NCBI GenBank assembly: GCA_035498555.1
Contig: DATKAB010000081.1
Span: 28,239 to 92,238 of the forward strand
Source of the DNA: Candidatus Sulfotelmatobacter sp.
Lineage (GTDB): Bacteria > Eisenbacteria > RBG-16-71-46
Direction: 5' to 3'
Length of the DNA: 64,000 nt
The translations under genes and the position numbers were made by a program. Position 1 is the first letter of the stretch, and the number at the start of each line of letters is the position of its first letter. This document shows, one piece after another, positions 32,368 to 42,127 of this stretch. The notes under the pieces were generated by a model. The model searched no databases. It was given only the letters and a program-made list of their open reading frames with translations, and was not told the origin of the DNA.

Positions 32368-34155
32368 CTAGTTGAAGATCTTACAGGCGACCGACATCAT
32401 GATCTCGCGCCCGAGGCCGCGTGCCGGCCGGCCGGTGGTGGGATCGATCCAGACGTCCTCGTAGATCCGGTTCTCGAGATCCCGCGCCCGAATCGTCACC
32501 ACGAACTCCGAAATCGCGAGACCCAGCGTCATCCCGAAGGTCGTGATGGCGCTGAGATCTTGCGGGACAGCCTCGTCGGTCTGGCGCGGACCGATTCCAT
32601 CGAGCTGGGCGCCCACCCGCACGGCGAGATCGCCCTTGAAGGCCTTGAACAGGTAATCGGCCTCGAGCCGTCCGGTGAGCGCGGGGTCGACGCGGGCCTG
32701 AACGGAGCTGTCGTCGCGAATCGTCGCCGAGCCCTCGCCGATCGCGAGCCAGCGGCCCATCGTGCGCCGCACCCGCGCCACCACCACCCCGAACTCCCAC
32801 GGATCGGGATCGCGGCCCTGGCCCTCGCGCAGCCACTCCTCCTCGAGCGGCAGGCGCGCGAGCAGGATGCGATCCTGGGTGCGCCCCGCGATCAACGACA
32901 GCGAGGCGTTCGACGTGTTCGATCCCGCCTGCGCATCCGCGCCCAGCGCCCAGGTGCTCTGGAGGAAGGGCCTCTGCCCCGGCGCCAGGTCCGCCCAGGC
33001 CGGGGTCAGCACCCGGGCGCCCCACACCGACAGTCGCGAGCGATCGAGGGTCCATTCCACGCGCGCGCGCGGCGCGGCGCCGTACTCGTCCGAACCACCG
33101 CTGTGACCCCAGCCCACCTCGACTTCGTCGTGGCGTCGCGCGGTCTGGCGATTCCACCACGCCTTGACCCACGCATCCTCGCTGGTGGCTTCGAATGCGT
33201 CGCCGCCCGAACGCACCACGCGCGATCGGCTCCAGTCGACGCCGGCGCCGAACCGCTGCTCGCCGCTCGCATGCTCGAGCGTGCCAAACGCGCGCACGTC
33301 CTGCGCGTCGCGGTGCGAAAGCGGATCGAGCGTGCCGCCGTAGCTCTCGTGTTCGTCCCACTGGCGCGAGAGCCGCGCGCTGCTGCTCCAGGCCGAGCCC
33401 TTCCACTGCCAGCCGAGCACTCCCGAGGCACCACGCCCCGACTGATGCTCGCCGGCCAGCATTTCGGCGGCCAGCCCGGTCTGACGGAAGATGATGCTGA
33501 ACTCGTTCGCCCCGAAACCTTTGGCGAGTCCGACGCTCCACAGATGCCTCGCGGCCAGGCCGTAGGGACCGGCGGCGGCGCGATTGCCGTCGCGCACCTC
33601 GATATGGACGTGTCCGCGCGCATCGCCGCGATCGGCGCTGAGCAGGGACTCGTTGACGCCGAAATCGCCGAGCCCGGCGCCGAACACCGAGCGCGGCTTG
33701 CCGCCCGGGTAGACGAGCGGCGCGGGCTCCACCTGCGTGAGCCCGTCACGAAGATCAGAGTGCGGGCTGATGATCCCCGGCGAAATCGTGAGCGAGTCGT
33801 AGGCGGCCAGCGCGCGGCGCGACGCGAACAAGCCCGGGAACGGAAGTCCCTCCGCGGTGCCGTCGCCCTCGCCCAGGCTCCAGCCACCTCGCACCAGTCC
33901 GCCGAGCGGCAGCGGGCGCGCGATCCCGATTTCGAGCGGCGGCGTCCAGCCGGCGCGCCCCGGCTCGCTCACCCAGGCAACCGCGTCAGGCAGCGCGCTG
34001 TCGAGCAGGTCGGGCCGACTCGCGGATGGAGCCTGCGCGCGGGAGGGCGCCGCCAGGACCAGGGTCAGGAGAGCCGCGCGCGATAGCGCGAGAACACCGC
34101 CACCAGCGGTGTACCGAGAATCGCGAACAGCACGACGTTCCAGAACAGATGCCAT
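32368..34155 (-). CDS. putative outer-membrane beta-barrel protein (porin / plug-less TonB-receptor-like)
   Basis: 595 aa. Signal-like LALSRAALLTLVLAAPSRAQA, alternating Gly/aromatic-rich beta-strand-like sequence throughout, C-terminus ...MMSVACKIFN. ATG 34155 would overlap the upstream gene by 91 nt, so the true start is probably an internal non-ATG codon that I could not fix. Confidence 0.5.
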   Translation of the reverse strand: MASVLERRAVRDSRYTAGGGVLALSRAALLTLVLAAPSRAQAPSASRPDLLDSALPDAVAWVSEPGRAGWTPPLEIGIARPLPLGGLVRGGWSLGEGDGTAEGLPFPGLFASRRALAAYDSLTISPGIISPHSDLRDGLTQVEPAPLVYPGGKPRSVFGAGLGDFGVNESLLSADRGDARGHVHIEVRDGNRAAAGPYGLAARHLWSVGLAKGFGANEFSIIFRQTGLAAEMLAGEHQSGRGASGVLGWQWKGSAWSSSARLSRQWDEHESYGGTLDPLSHRDAQDVRAFGTLEHASGEQRFGAGVDWSRSRVVRSGGDAFEATSEDAWVKAWWNRQTARRHDEVEVGWGHSGGSDEYGAAPRARVEWTLDRSRLSVWGARVLTPAWADLAPGQRPFLQSTWALGADAQAGSNTSNASLSLIAGRTQDRILLARLPLEEEWLREGQGRDPDPWEFGVVVARVRRTMGRWLAIGEGSATIRDDSSVQARVDPALTGRLEADYLFKAFKGDLAVRVGAQLDGIGPRQTDEAVPQDLSAITTFGMTLGLAISEFVVTIRARDLENRIYEDVWIDPTTGRPARGLGREIMMSVACKIFN

Positions 34156-34553
34156 AGGGCGAACGGCACCCCTCCGATCAGAGTGGGAACCAGCTGGCCG
34201 AAGATCACGGCAGTCGCCAGATTCGTGATCAGGTCGAAGAAGATCGTCACGACTGCGCCAATTCCAATCAGCGATGCGACCCGCAACCCCACCGGCAGGC
34301 CGGGCAGGCCGACCCGCGCCGCCAGCCCGCCGGCGAGTCCCGCAGCCATCATGCCCAGCACCTGCGAGACCGTCACCAGCGGGTGAACCGCGCCATAGGG
34401 ATTGAGCAGGGAGTAGATCACCTCGGTGACCGCCGCCACCAGCATGCCGTCGCGCACGCCGAGCAATACCCCGGCGCAGAACATGATGAGTGTCAGCAGC
34501 TCGAAGTTGGGGATGGATTCGGCGTAGACCCCGGTGAGTCCGGCCGCCACCAT
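34065..34553 (-). CDS. small polytopic membrane protein, ECF-transporter S-component-like
   Basis: NFELLTLIMFCAGVLLG....VAAVTEVIYSLLNPYG.......SQVLGMMAAGLAGG... with about 5 TM. The first ATG is at 34553, and an in-frame non-ATG start up to ~34600 is possible. Confidence 0.4.
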   Translation of the reverse strand: MVAAGLTGVYAESIPNFELLTLIMFCAGVLLGVRDGMLVAAVTEVIYSLLNPYGAVHPLVTVSQVLGMMAAGLAGGLAARVGLPGLPVGLRVASLIGIGAVVTIFFDLITNLATAVIFGQLVPTLIGGVPFALWHLFWNVVLFAILGTPLVAVFSRYRARLS

Positions 34554-34641
34554 CAGTGCGGCGTAGGACAGACGCGTGGAGCTGGAACGGTCGATCGTCG
34601 CTCTCCAGCCGGAGTGGAATGGGGAGCCAGGGCCGCGGCAG

Positions 34642-34669
34642 GTTATCGTCGCGAGGCGCGGAGCGTCAA
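34642..34669 (-). promoter_or_regulatory. possible sigma-70-type promoter upstream of the membrane-protein gene
   Basis: The - strand reads TTGACG-N16-GATAAC in the 184-nt gap after the PHP gene. The match is by eye only. Confidence 0.3.
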
Positions 34670-34737
34670 CGAGGTGGGCCGGCGGCGGCGAGGAGCGAAC
34701 CGGCAAGCAGGCGCTGGGCGCTTCAGACGCCGCCGGA

Positions 34738-35577
34738 TCAGCCGCTGACTCCGGCCGCTTCCTTGAGCTGCGCGAGCACCGAGAGCGGCACCCACACATC
34801 GCCCAGTTCCACGCTGCGCCCGCTGCCATGGAAATCGGAGCCTCCGGTTTCGATCAGGCCGAGGCGCCGCGCCAGCGCCTGCAGCCTTCGCACCGTCGCA
34901 ACTCCGTGCTGCGGATGCCAGACCTCGATGCCGCCGAGCCCGGCTTCCGCGAGGCGCTCGATGGTGGATTCCGCAACCGCGGCGCCGGGATGCGCGATCA
35001 CGCTGATGCCGCCCGCGGAGTGGATCAGGCGAATCGCTTCGGCCGGACTGAACGCCGGTCGCGCCACGTAGGCGGGAGCGCCCATCGCCAGGAACCTGCG
35101 AAAAGCGTCCTCCATGTCGGTCGCGTGCCCCGCCTCGATCAGGGCCCCGGCAACGTGCGGCCGCCCCACCACGCCGCGCGCGGCGCGCTCCCAAACCCGC
35201 TGCTCGTCGAGCGGCGCGCCGAGCTCGGCGAGCCGCGCGATGATGCGGCGGGCGCGCTCGGTGCGGTCGGTCCGGAACTGCGCGAGGCGCTCGCGCAGCT
35301 CGGGATGCTCGGAATCCACGAAGTAGCCGAGGAGGTGCAGATCCATCCCCTGATGCGAGGTGGACATCTCGAGACCCGGCACCAGCTCGACCGGCGAGCG
35401 GGTCGCGCGCGCCAGCGGCAACGCGTCCAGCGTGTCGTGGTCGGTGATCGCGATCGCGGCGAGCCCACGCTCGGCGGCCAGCGACATCAGCTCTTCGGGA
35501 GTGAGCCGGCCGTCGCTCAGCGTCGTGTGGGTGTGGAGATCGGCCCGGCGTGCGCTGCGCGAAGCCGGGCGATTCAT
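34738..35577 (-). CDS. PHP-domain metal-dependent phosphoesterase (TrpH/YciV-like)
   Basis: 279 aa. ADLHTHTTLSDGRLTPEEL......AIAITDHDT..., ...GRPH.A..L......, ISVIAHPG. Confidence 0.85.
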   Translation of the reverse strand: MNRPASRSARRADLHTHTTLSDGRLTPEELMSLAAERGLAAIAITDHDTLDALPLARATRSPVELVPGLEMSTSHQGMDLHLLGYFVDSEHPELRERLAQFRTDRTERARRIIARLAELGAPLDEQRVWERAARGVVGRPHVAGALIEAGHATDMEDAFRRFLAMGAPAYVARPAFSPAEAIRLIHSAGGISVIAHPGAAVAESTIERLAEAGLGGIEVWHPQHGVATVRRLQALARRLGLIETGGSDFHGSGRSVELGDVWVPLSVLAQLKEAAGVSG

Positions 35578-37616
35578 CAGCTGCTCTCCAACGCCTTGCG
35601 CAACATGCGGATCTTCTGCGCGACGTCGGGATAGCTCGGCATCGCGGTGTAGACGCGCTCGAACTCGGCGAGCGCCGCCTCGATGCGCCCGGCCGCCTCG
35701 TGGGCGAGGCCGAGCTGGAAACGCAGGTCGAGCGCACCCTCGGAGGTGACGCCGGGCAGCTCGAGCGCCACCATGAACTCCTGCGCGGCCTCGTCGAAGC
35801 TTCCCTGATCGAGCAGGCAGCGGCCCACCATCTCGGCGCAGCGCTGCGCGAACGCCGGATCGTGCCCGGCGGCGCGGAACGCCTCCACCGCCTGCTCCAG
35901 GAGTCCCATCTCCCGATACGCCATGCCCAGATCATAGTGCCCCTGCGGGTCGCCGGAAATCTGCGACTCGACCCCGCGCTGGAACTCCGACACCAGCGAG
36001 CCGAGATCGAAGGTCACCGCGGCGCCCCGTCCCACCGCCACCTCGACGCGTCCACCCTCGGCCGGCGGCTCGGGTTCCGGTGCCGCCTCGCTGGTGGTGA
36101 CCCCGGCCCCGCGGCCCTCGGACAGCTTCTGCAGCCGGCGCTTCGCGGTCTCGTTGTTGACGTCGAACGCGCTGGCGCGGCGGAACCAGTCGCGCGCCGT
36201 CCCCATGTCGCCGTCGTTCAGCGCCCGATCGCCGAGCTCGCAGGCGACCTGCGCCGCTTCCAGGCGATCGTTGCGCGACTCGCAGTTGCGCAGCCAGAGA
36301 TGCATGACCTCGGGCGTGGCGTGCGAGCTCCGCGAAAGGTTGCGATAGATGGTGGCGGCGCTGTCGAATTGTCCCATCTCGTCGTAGAGCTGCGCCGCGC
36401 GCACCAGATCGGCGCTGGCGGCGTCGCGCTCGCCATTGCGGAAGTGCTCGCGCGCCTCGCGCAACAGCTGCTCGACCTGCGCCACCGGGCTGTCGGCGTC
36501 CGCCCCTTGAGCGGCCGGCTCGGGCGCCGGCTGGAGCGACTCTTCGTTTTCGAGGGTCGCCGGTTCGGGATCCGCCGGGCTCTCGAAGCGAAGCCCCGGC
36601 GAGCGCAGTTCGACCGGAGCCGCCGGTGTCGCGCTCGGCGGAGAGGTGCGCGGATGCAGCGCGGGTGGTCCGAGCCGCGCGTCGTCGCCTTCGTTCGCCA
36701 GCTCCATCGAATGCGTGATGTCGGCGGCCAGCTGTGCGTCGGAGGCGAGCTTCAACTCGTCGGTCGCGAACGGGTGCTCGATGTCGAGCCGCGAGCCGTT
36801 CTCTTCGATCGGCGCCGCCTCCGGGAGGTCGTCGGAGAGCGACGAGAGATGCGTCGACTCCACGACCAGCGTGCCGTCGCTCGAGGGCTCGAAATCGCCG
36901 AGGCCGGGAGTCGCGGCCGGCGACGCTTCGGTCAGCGAATCCATGACCGGCACGGACCCGTTGTTGAGCCCGGCGGCGCGGTTGCGGCAGCGATCCGCGT
37001 CCTGCAAGAGCCCGGCGGACTGATAGTGCACCGCGGCCTCGGCGAGCGTGCGCGCGGCGGATTCCTTGTCGCCCTCGAGCACCAGCACCTCGGCCAGACG
37101 TTCGAGCGCCCTGATGTTTTCGGAGCTGGCCTCGAACGCCTTGCGGAACGCTTCGGCCGCTTCGGGACCGCGCTTGTCCCGCATCAGATGCTCGGCGTAC
37201 TGCTGATAGTAGAGCGCGGCTTCGGTCCCGAGTCCGTCGAGCGCGTGGAGCTTGGCGAGCTTGCTCAGCACCAGCGTGGGCGACAGCGACAGCCTCATCA
37301 TCTTCTTGCCGACCGCGATCGCGTTCTTGTAGAGCGCGGCCTGCTCGTAGGCGTCGATCGACGCGACGTAGCGCTGCGCGGCGCCGATCATGTCGCCCTT
37401 CTTGTAGAGCAGATCGGCGAGCAGAACGAAATTGTACGGGTCGGAGTCCTGGACCGCGATCAGCTTCTCGTACTCTTTGAGAGCGCCATCCAGATCTCCG
37501 TTCTGGACGCAGCGCTGGGCTCGACGCTTGATGTCGATCGCCTTTTCCAAGTTGGCTGTCCCCCCCAGGACGCCGAATCGGCCCGCTGCACGTGGGCCCG
37601 GCGCCGGGCTCGTCAC
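35577..37616 (-). CDS. TPR-repeat protein
   Basis: 679 aa. Several TPR-like units at both ends (..GDLDGALKEYEKLIAVQDSDPYNFVLLADLLYKKGDMIGAAQRY.., ..LGMAYREMGLLEQAVEAFRAA..) around an acidic low-complexity middle. The stop overlaps the PHP ATG by 1 nt. Confidence 0.65.
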   Translation of the reverse strand: MTSPAPGPRAAGRFGVLGGTANLEKAIDIKRRAQRCVQNGDLDGALKEYEKLIAVQDSDPYNFVLLADLLYKKGDMIGAAQRYVASIDAYEQAALYKNAIAVGKKMMRLSLSPTLVLSKLAKLHALDGLGTEAALYYQQYAEHLMRDKRGPEAAEAFRKAFEASSENIRALERLAEVLVLEGDKESAARTLAEAAVHYQSAGLLQDADRCRNRAAGLNNGSVPVMDSLTEASPAATPGLGDFEPSSDGTLVVESTHLSSLSDDLPEAAPIEENGSRLDIEHPFATDELKLASDAQLAADITHSMELANEGDDARLGPPALHPRTSPPSATPAAPVELRSPGLRFESPADPEPATLENEESLQPAPEPAAQGADADSPVAQVEQLLREAREHFRNGERDAASADLVRAAQLYDEMGQFDSAATIYRNLSRSSHATPEVMHLWLRNCESRNDRLEAAQVACELGDRALNDGDMGTARDWFRRASAFDVNNETAKRRLQKLSEGRGAGVTTSEAAPEPEPPAEGGRVEVAVGRGAAVTFDLGSLVSEFQRGVESQISGDPQGHYDLGMAYREMGLLEQAVEAFRAAGHDPAFAQRCAEMVGRCLLDQGSFDEAAQEFMVALELPGVTSEGALDLRFQLGLAHEAAGRIEAALAEFERVYTAMPSYPDVAQKIRMLRKALESS

Positions 37617-37623
37617 ATCCCTA

Positions 37624-39153
37624 TCAAGCGGTCATGGCAGCACGCACGGAATCCCGGCAGGAAGCTCCGGCTCGAGCCAGCGCTTCCTGGAGATCCCGCA
37701 TCTGCCTCTCCACATCCTCCTTATCGGCCGTGGAATCAAGGCCCTTCAGGTTGATTTCGACGTTCAGCAAGGCCCCTCGCGCCCCGGCCTCGGCCAGCAA
37801 TCCGGCCACCCCGGCGTCGCTGGCGGCGGCGGGGTTGCCGAGCCGGGCGGCCTCGCCGGCCAGCTCGAGTACCCGAAGGCAGGCGGCGGCGGTGGCGAGC
37901 GGAACCCGGGTGGCCTCCAGCTCGGCCCGTTTCAGCTCGCCCGATCGCGCCCCGATCTCTTCGGCCGACGCCTGGGGCAGGCGCCGCGCCCTGAGCACTG
38001 CCTCGAACGCCTCGCTGTCGCGACGCCCGAGTCCAAATAGCGTGGCGCGAAGGGATTCCGCCTCGCCCTTCAAGTGAAGCAGCGCCGCTTCGCGATCCGC
38101 GAACTTCTTCTTTCCCAGCGTGAGGTTGGCCACCATGGTGGCGAGCGCGGAGGCGATGGCCCCGGCCACGGCCGAGACCGTACCGCCGCCCGGCGTCGGG
38201 GTGGGTGAGGCAATCTGCTCGAGCAGGGCGTTCAACGTGACCGCCTCGGACAGCGGGGGCCGCTTCAGGCGCAGCTCCAGCACCTGATCGCGCCGGAAAT
38301 TCTCGAGTCGCAGGGCGTGCTCGGCCGCGTCCAGCATCGCCGCTTCCGGAATCAGGCCGACCACTTCGCATCCCGACACCATCGCGCCGCGGCGCGCGGC
38401 CTCTTCGTGGATCAGGGCGAGCACGCGATGGATCGGCGTCGCCTCGGTGTTGACCAGATTCATGCTGACCTGGGCGCGCCGGCCGCCCTCGATCGAGAAG
38501 CCGAGCGCCCGCACGTGCTTCAAGCCCCCGCTCTGCTCGCGGATCGCGGCCGCCACCGCCTTCGCCACCCGCACGTCGGCAGTATTGAGGTTGGCGTTGA
38601 ACGCGACCAGGAATCTTCTTGCGCCTACGGCGGTTGCCCCGGCAGTGGGATGGATGCGGGAAGGCCCGAAATCCGGCACGCGCTCGGGATCGCTGCCCAT
38701 CCGTTCCCGAAGCCCCTCGAACTCGCCGCGGCGGACGTCCGCGAGGCTCACCCGGTCCGGGCGCGAGGCCGCCGCCTCGTAGAGGAACACCGGAATGCCG
38801 AGCTCGCCGATCCGCTTCCCCACCACGCGAGCCAGTTGCGCGCAATCGTCCAGCGTCATGCCCTCGATCGGCACGAACGGCACCACGTCGGTGGCGCCCA
38901 TGCGCGGGTGCTGTCCCCGATGGTGATTGAGATCGATGCGCGCGGCGGCGCGTTCGGCGACGCGGACGGCGGCCTCGCCGACCGCCTCCGGATCGCCCGC
39001 GAACGTGAGCACCGAGCGGTTGTGATCGGGATCCATCTCGCTGTCGAGCAGCGTGACACCTGGCACCGACGCCACCACCTGGATCAGCTCCTCCACCACC
39101 TCTCGGCGGCGTCCTTCGCTGAAGTTGGGAACGCATTCCACCAGTCGGCTCAC
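37624..39153 (-). CDS. ftcD: bifunctional glutamate formimidoyltransferase / formimidoyl-THF cyclodeaminase
   Basis: GTG 39153 (GTGA overlap with the hutI stop). VECVPNFSEGRR...LLDSEMDPDHNRSV.TF.G opens the FT domain. The C-terminal ASPTPTPGGGTVSAVAGAIASALATMVANLT is the cyclodeaminase signature. Confidence 0.85.
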   Translation of the reverse strand: MSRLVECVPNFSEGRRREVVEELIQVVASVPGVTLLDSEMDPDHNRSVLTFAGDPEAVGEAAVRVAERAAARIDLNHHRGQHPRMGATDVVPFVPIEGMTLDDCAQLARVVGKRIGELGIPVFLYEAAASRPDRVSLADVRRGEFEGLRERMGSDPERVPDFGPSRIHPTAGATAVGARRFLVAFNANLNTADVRVAKAVAAAIREQSGGLKHVRALGFSIEGGRRAQVSMNLVNTEATPIHRVLALIHEEAARRGAMVSGCEVVGLIPEAAMLDAAEHALRLENFRRDQVLELRLKRPPLSEAVTLNALLEQIASPTPTPGGGTVSAVAGAIASALATMVANLTLGKKKFADREAALLHLKGEAESLRATLFGLGRRDSEAFEAVLRARRLPQASAEEIGARSGELKRAELEATRVPLATAAACLRVLELAGEAARLGNPAAASDAGVAGLLAEAGARGALLNVEINLKGLDSTADKEDVERQMRDLQEALARAGASCRDSVRAAMTA

Positions 39154-40445
39154 GGCCACACTCTCCGTTCGATCGAGGGCAGCGCCAGATCCGCGCCACG
39201 CATGAACACGGTGTCGGGTCGCACCGCCGGCATCCAGTAGGGCAGCTCCTCCACCGATTCGCACTCCCAGATCACCGCGTCTCCCCACGCGCCGGGATTC
39301 AGGTGCCCGACCTCCTGCTCCACTCCCAGCGCCTTCGCGCCGTTGTAGGTGATGGCGAGCAGCATCTCCTCGGCGTTGAAGCCGCACAGCCTGGTCGCCA
39401 GCGCTGCGCACTCGAGCAGGGACTGAGCCGGCGCCGTGCCGGGGTTGAAATCGGTGGCGATGGCGACGCGCGCGCCCGAAGCGCGCAGCAGCTTCGCCTC
39501 GGGCAGCGTCTGGCGCAGCGTGAGCGCGGCCGCCGGCAGCAGCACGCCCACCACGCCGGCCTCGGCCAGCGCCTTCCAGTCCGAGGCATTGGCGAACTCG
39601 AGATGATCGGCCGAGCGCGTGCGCAGCTCCGCCGCCAGCATCGTGCCGCCGATCCGGGCGGTCTGGTCGGCGTGAATGGTCAGCGCGAAGCCCAGCTCGC
39701 GCGCGCGGGTGAGCACCGCGCGGCATTCCTCGACCGTGAATCCGGCCGGGTCGCAGAACACGTCCACCGCGCTGGCCAGATCGCGCCGGCGGATCTCGGG
39801 CAGCGTGTGCTCGAGGATTTCGTCGATCAATCGCGGGCGCCGCTCGCGATAACTCTCGGGCAGGTGGTGGAGCAGCAGCGCGGTGCGATGGAGCCGCGAC
39901 GGCACGCGCATGCCGGCGCCGCGAATCAGCTCGAGCAGGCGCAGCTCGCCGCCGGGATTCGGCGCGTAGCCGCTCTTCACCTCGACGGTGGTGCAGCCGG
40001 CGGCTCGCCAGCGCTCGAGCCGGTTGGCGAGCGACTTCTCGAGGGTGTCGTCGCGCTCGTTGGCGGTGACCTGCACGGTGGAGCGGATGCCGCCGCCGGC
40101 CGCGGCAATCGCGCCGTAGTCCTCGCCCGCCAGCCGGCGCTGGAATTCGAGCGCGCGATGTCCCGCGAAGATCATGTGCGTGTGGCAGTCCACCAGTCCG
40201 GGCGTCACCAGCTTGCCGCCGGCATTGAGCGGCCGCGCCTCGCCGTGGCGCTTGAACAGCTCGGTGGCGTTGCCGACCTCGAGCACGCGCCCGTCCTGGA
40301 ACACGATGGCGCCCTTCGGGTAGCGCAGCAGGCCTCGGCCCGCCGGATCGGGCGTCACCACCTCGGAGGTATTGTGCAGGATCAGGTAGGCGGTGCGTCC
40401 CGCCACCACCTTGCCGGTGGGATTGGTGATCGGTCCGAGCGCCAC
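39150..40445 (-). CDS. hutI: imidazolonepropionase
   Basis: GTG 40445, 8 nt after the hutU stop. LVTPGLVDCHTHMIFAG, ..GGGI.STV..T, TTVEVKSGY, HADQ, ATDFNPG. Confidence 0.85.
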   Translation of the reverse strand: MALGPITNPTGKVVAGRTAYLILHNTSEVVTPDPAGRGLLRYPKGAIVFQDGRVLEVGNATELFKRHGEARPLNAGGKLVTPGLVDCHTHMIFAGHRALEFQRRLAGEDYGAIAAAGGGIRSTVQVTANERDDTLEKSLANRLERWRAAGCTTVEVKSGYAPNPGGELRLLELIRGAGMRVPSRLHRTALLLHHLPESYRERRPRLIDEILEHTLPEIRRRDLASAVDVFCDPAGFTVEECRAVLTRARELGFALTIHADQTARIGGTMLAAELRTRSADHLEFANASDWKALAEAGVVGVLLPAAALTLRQTLPEAKLLRASGARVAIATDFNPGTAPAQSLLECAALATRLCGFNAEEMLLAITYNGAKALGVEQEVGHLNPGAWGDAVIWECESVEELPYWMPAVRPDTVFMRGADLALPSIERRVWP

Positions 40446-40453
40446 GCGCGTCC

Positions 40454-42127
40454 CTATGAAGTGATGCCCGGCAGATTCATGCCGCGGGCCCGCGCGAAGG
40501 CGATCGCCTCCGGATATCCGGCGTCGGCGTGACGCATCACGCCGGTGCCGGGATCGTTGGTCAGCACGCGCTCGAGCCGCGCATCGGTCGCGGCGCTTCC
40601 GTCGCACACGATCACGACGCCGGCATGCAGCGAGTTGCCGATGCCCACGCCTCCGCCGTGATGAAAGCTCACCCACGACGCTCCCGAGGCGGTGTTGAGC
40701 AGCGCGTTCAGGATCGGCCAGTCGGCCACCGCGTCGCTGCCGTCTCTCATCGCCTCGGTCTCCCGGTAGGGCGAGGCGACCGATCCGGCGTCGAGATGAT
40801 CGCGGCCGATGACGATCGGGGCCTTGAGCTGTCCCTCGCGCACCATGCGATTGAAGCGCAGGCCGAGGCGCGCGCGCTCGCCGTAGCCGAGCCAGCAGAT
40901 CCGCGCCGGCAGTCCCTGGAAGGCGACGTGCTTCTCGGCCAGCGGAATCCAGCGATGGAGCCGCGCATCGTCGGGGAATTCGGCGAGCGCCGCCTGGTCG
41001 GTGGCCAGGATGTCCGAGGATTCGCCGGAGAGCGCCGCCCAGCGGAACGGTCCCTTGCCGACGCAGAACAGCGGCCGAATGTACTCGGGGACGAAGCCCG
41101 GATACGAGAACGCCTGCTCGTGCGCGAGGCCGCCGCGTTCCGCCTCGCCGCGCAGGTTGTTGCCGTAGTCGAACAGCACCGTCCCGCGCGCCTTCATCCC
41201 GAGCAGCGCGCGCACCTGGACCGCCATCGACGCGCGCGCCCGGCGGACGTGGTCATCCGGATCCGAGCGGCGGAGCTCCCCGGCCTGATCGAGCGTGAGC
41301 CCGGCCGGAACGTAGCCGGCGAGCGGATCGTGCGCCGAGGTCTGATCGGTGGCGGCGTCCGGGATCACCCCGCGCTTCAGGAGCTCGGGCTCGAGGTCGG
41401 CGGCATTGCCGACCAGCGCCACCGACAGTGGCCGGCGCGAGGCCATGCTTTCTCGGCACCAGGCCAGCGCCTCGTCCACCGAATGCGTGATGCGATCGCA
41501 GTAACGCGTCTCGACGCGCCGGCGCGCGCGCGACTCGTCGACTTCGACCGCCAGGCACACGCCGCCGTTCATGGTGATCGCGAGCGGCTGGGCGCCGCCC
41601 ATGCCGCCGAGCCCGGCGGTGAGCACCAGCCGGCCGGCGAGCGTGCCGCTGAAGTGGCGCGCGGCGCACTCACCGAAGGTCTCGAAGGTGCCCTGCACGA
41701 TGCCCTGCGAGCCGATGTAGATCCACGAGCCCGCGGTCATCTGGCCGAACATCATCAGGCCCTTCTTCTCGAGCTCCCAGAAGTGTTCCCACGTCGCCCA
41801 CCGTCCGACCAGGTTCGAATTGGCGATCAGCACGCGAGGCGAATGCGGATGGGTGCGGAACACGCCGACGGGCTTGCCCGATTGGACCAGCAGGGTCTCG
41901 TCGTTCTCGAGCGCGCGCAGTGCCGCGACGATGTGGTCGAACGCCTCCCACGAGCGCGCGGCGCGCCCGGTGCCGCCGTAGACCACCAGCTCGTCGGGGC
42001 GTTCGGCCACTTCCGGATCGAGATTGTTCATCAGCATGCGCAGCGCCGCTTCCTGCACCCAGCCCTTGCACGAGAGCGTGGTGCCGCGCGGCGCGCGCAC
42101 CGAGCGCGCTCCGGAAACCAGGGTCAT
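40454..42127 (-). CDS. hutU: urocanate hydratase
   Basis: ATG 42127 (ATGA overlap with the hutH stop). 557 aa. ...[17 protein letters not shown]..., [57 protein letters not shown]. Confidence 0.92.
   Translation of the reverse strand: MTLVSGARSVRAPRGTTLSCKGWVQEAALRMLMNNLDPEVAERPDELVVYGGTGRAARSWEAFDHIVAALRALENDETLLVQSGKPVGVFRTHPHSPRVLIANSNLVGRWATWEHFWELEKKGLMMFGQMTAGSWIYIGSQGIVQGTFETFGECAARHFSGTLAGRLVLTAGLGGMGGAQPLAITMNGGVCLAVEVDESRARRRVETRYCDRITHSVDEALAWCRESMASRRPLSVALVGNAADLEPELLKRGVIPDAATDQTSAHDPLAGYVPAGLTLDQAGELRRSDPDDHVRRARASMAVQVRALLGMKARGTVLFDYGNNLRGEAERGGLAHEQAFSYPGFVPEYIRPLFCVGKGPFRWAALSGESSDILATDQAALAEFPDDARLHRWIPLAEKHVAFQGLPARICWLGYGERARLGLRFNRMVREGQLKAPIVIGRDHLDAGSVASPYRETEAMRDGSDAVADWPILNALLNTASGASWVSFHHGGGVGIGNSLHAGVVIVCDGSAATDARLERVLTNDPGTGVMRHADAGYPEAIAFARARGMNLPGITS

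Noticed and set aside
37624-39726. N-terminally extended track ORFs for ftcD (700 aa), hutI (508 aa), hutU (580 aa), pilT (480 aa), pilB (639 aa), pilN (253 aa), obg (404 aa) and pta (450 aa).
   Set aside because: In each case the extension overlaps the upstream gene, is compositionally aberrant, and an internal ATG/GTG sits at a canonical 1- or 4-nt junction or behind a Shine-Dalgarno sequence. I used the shorter forms.
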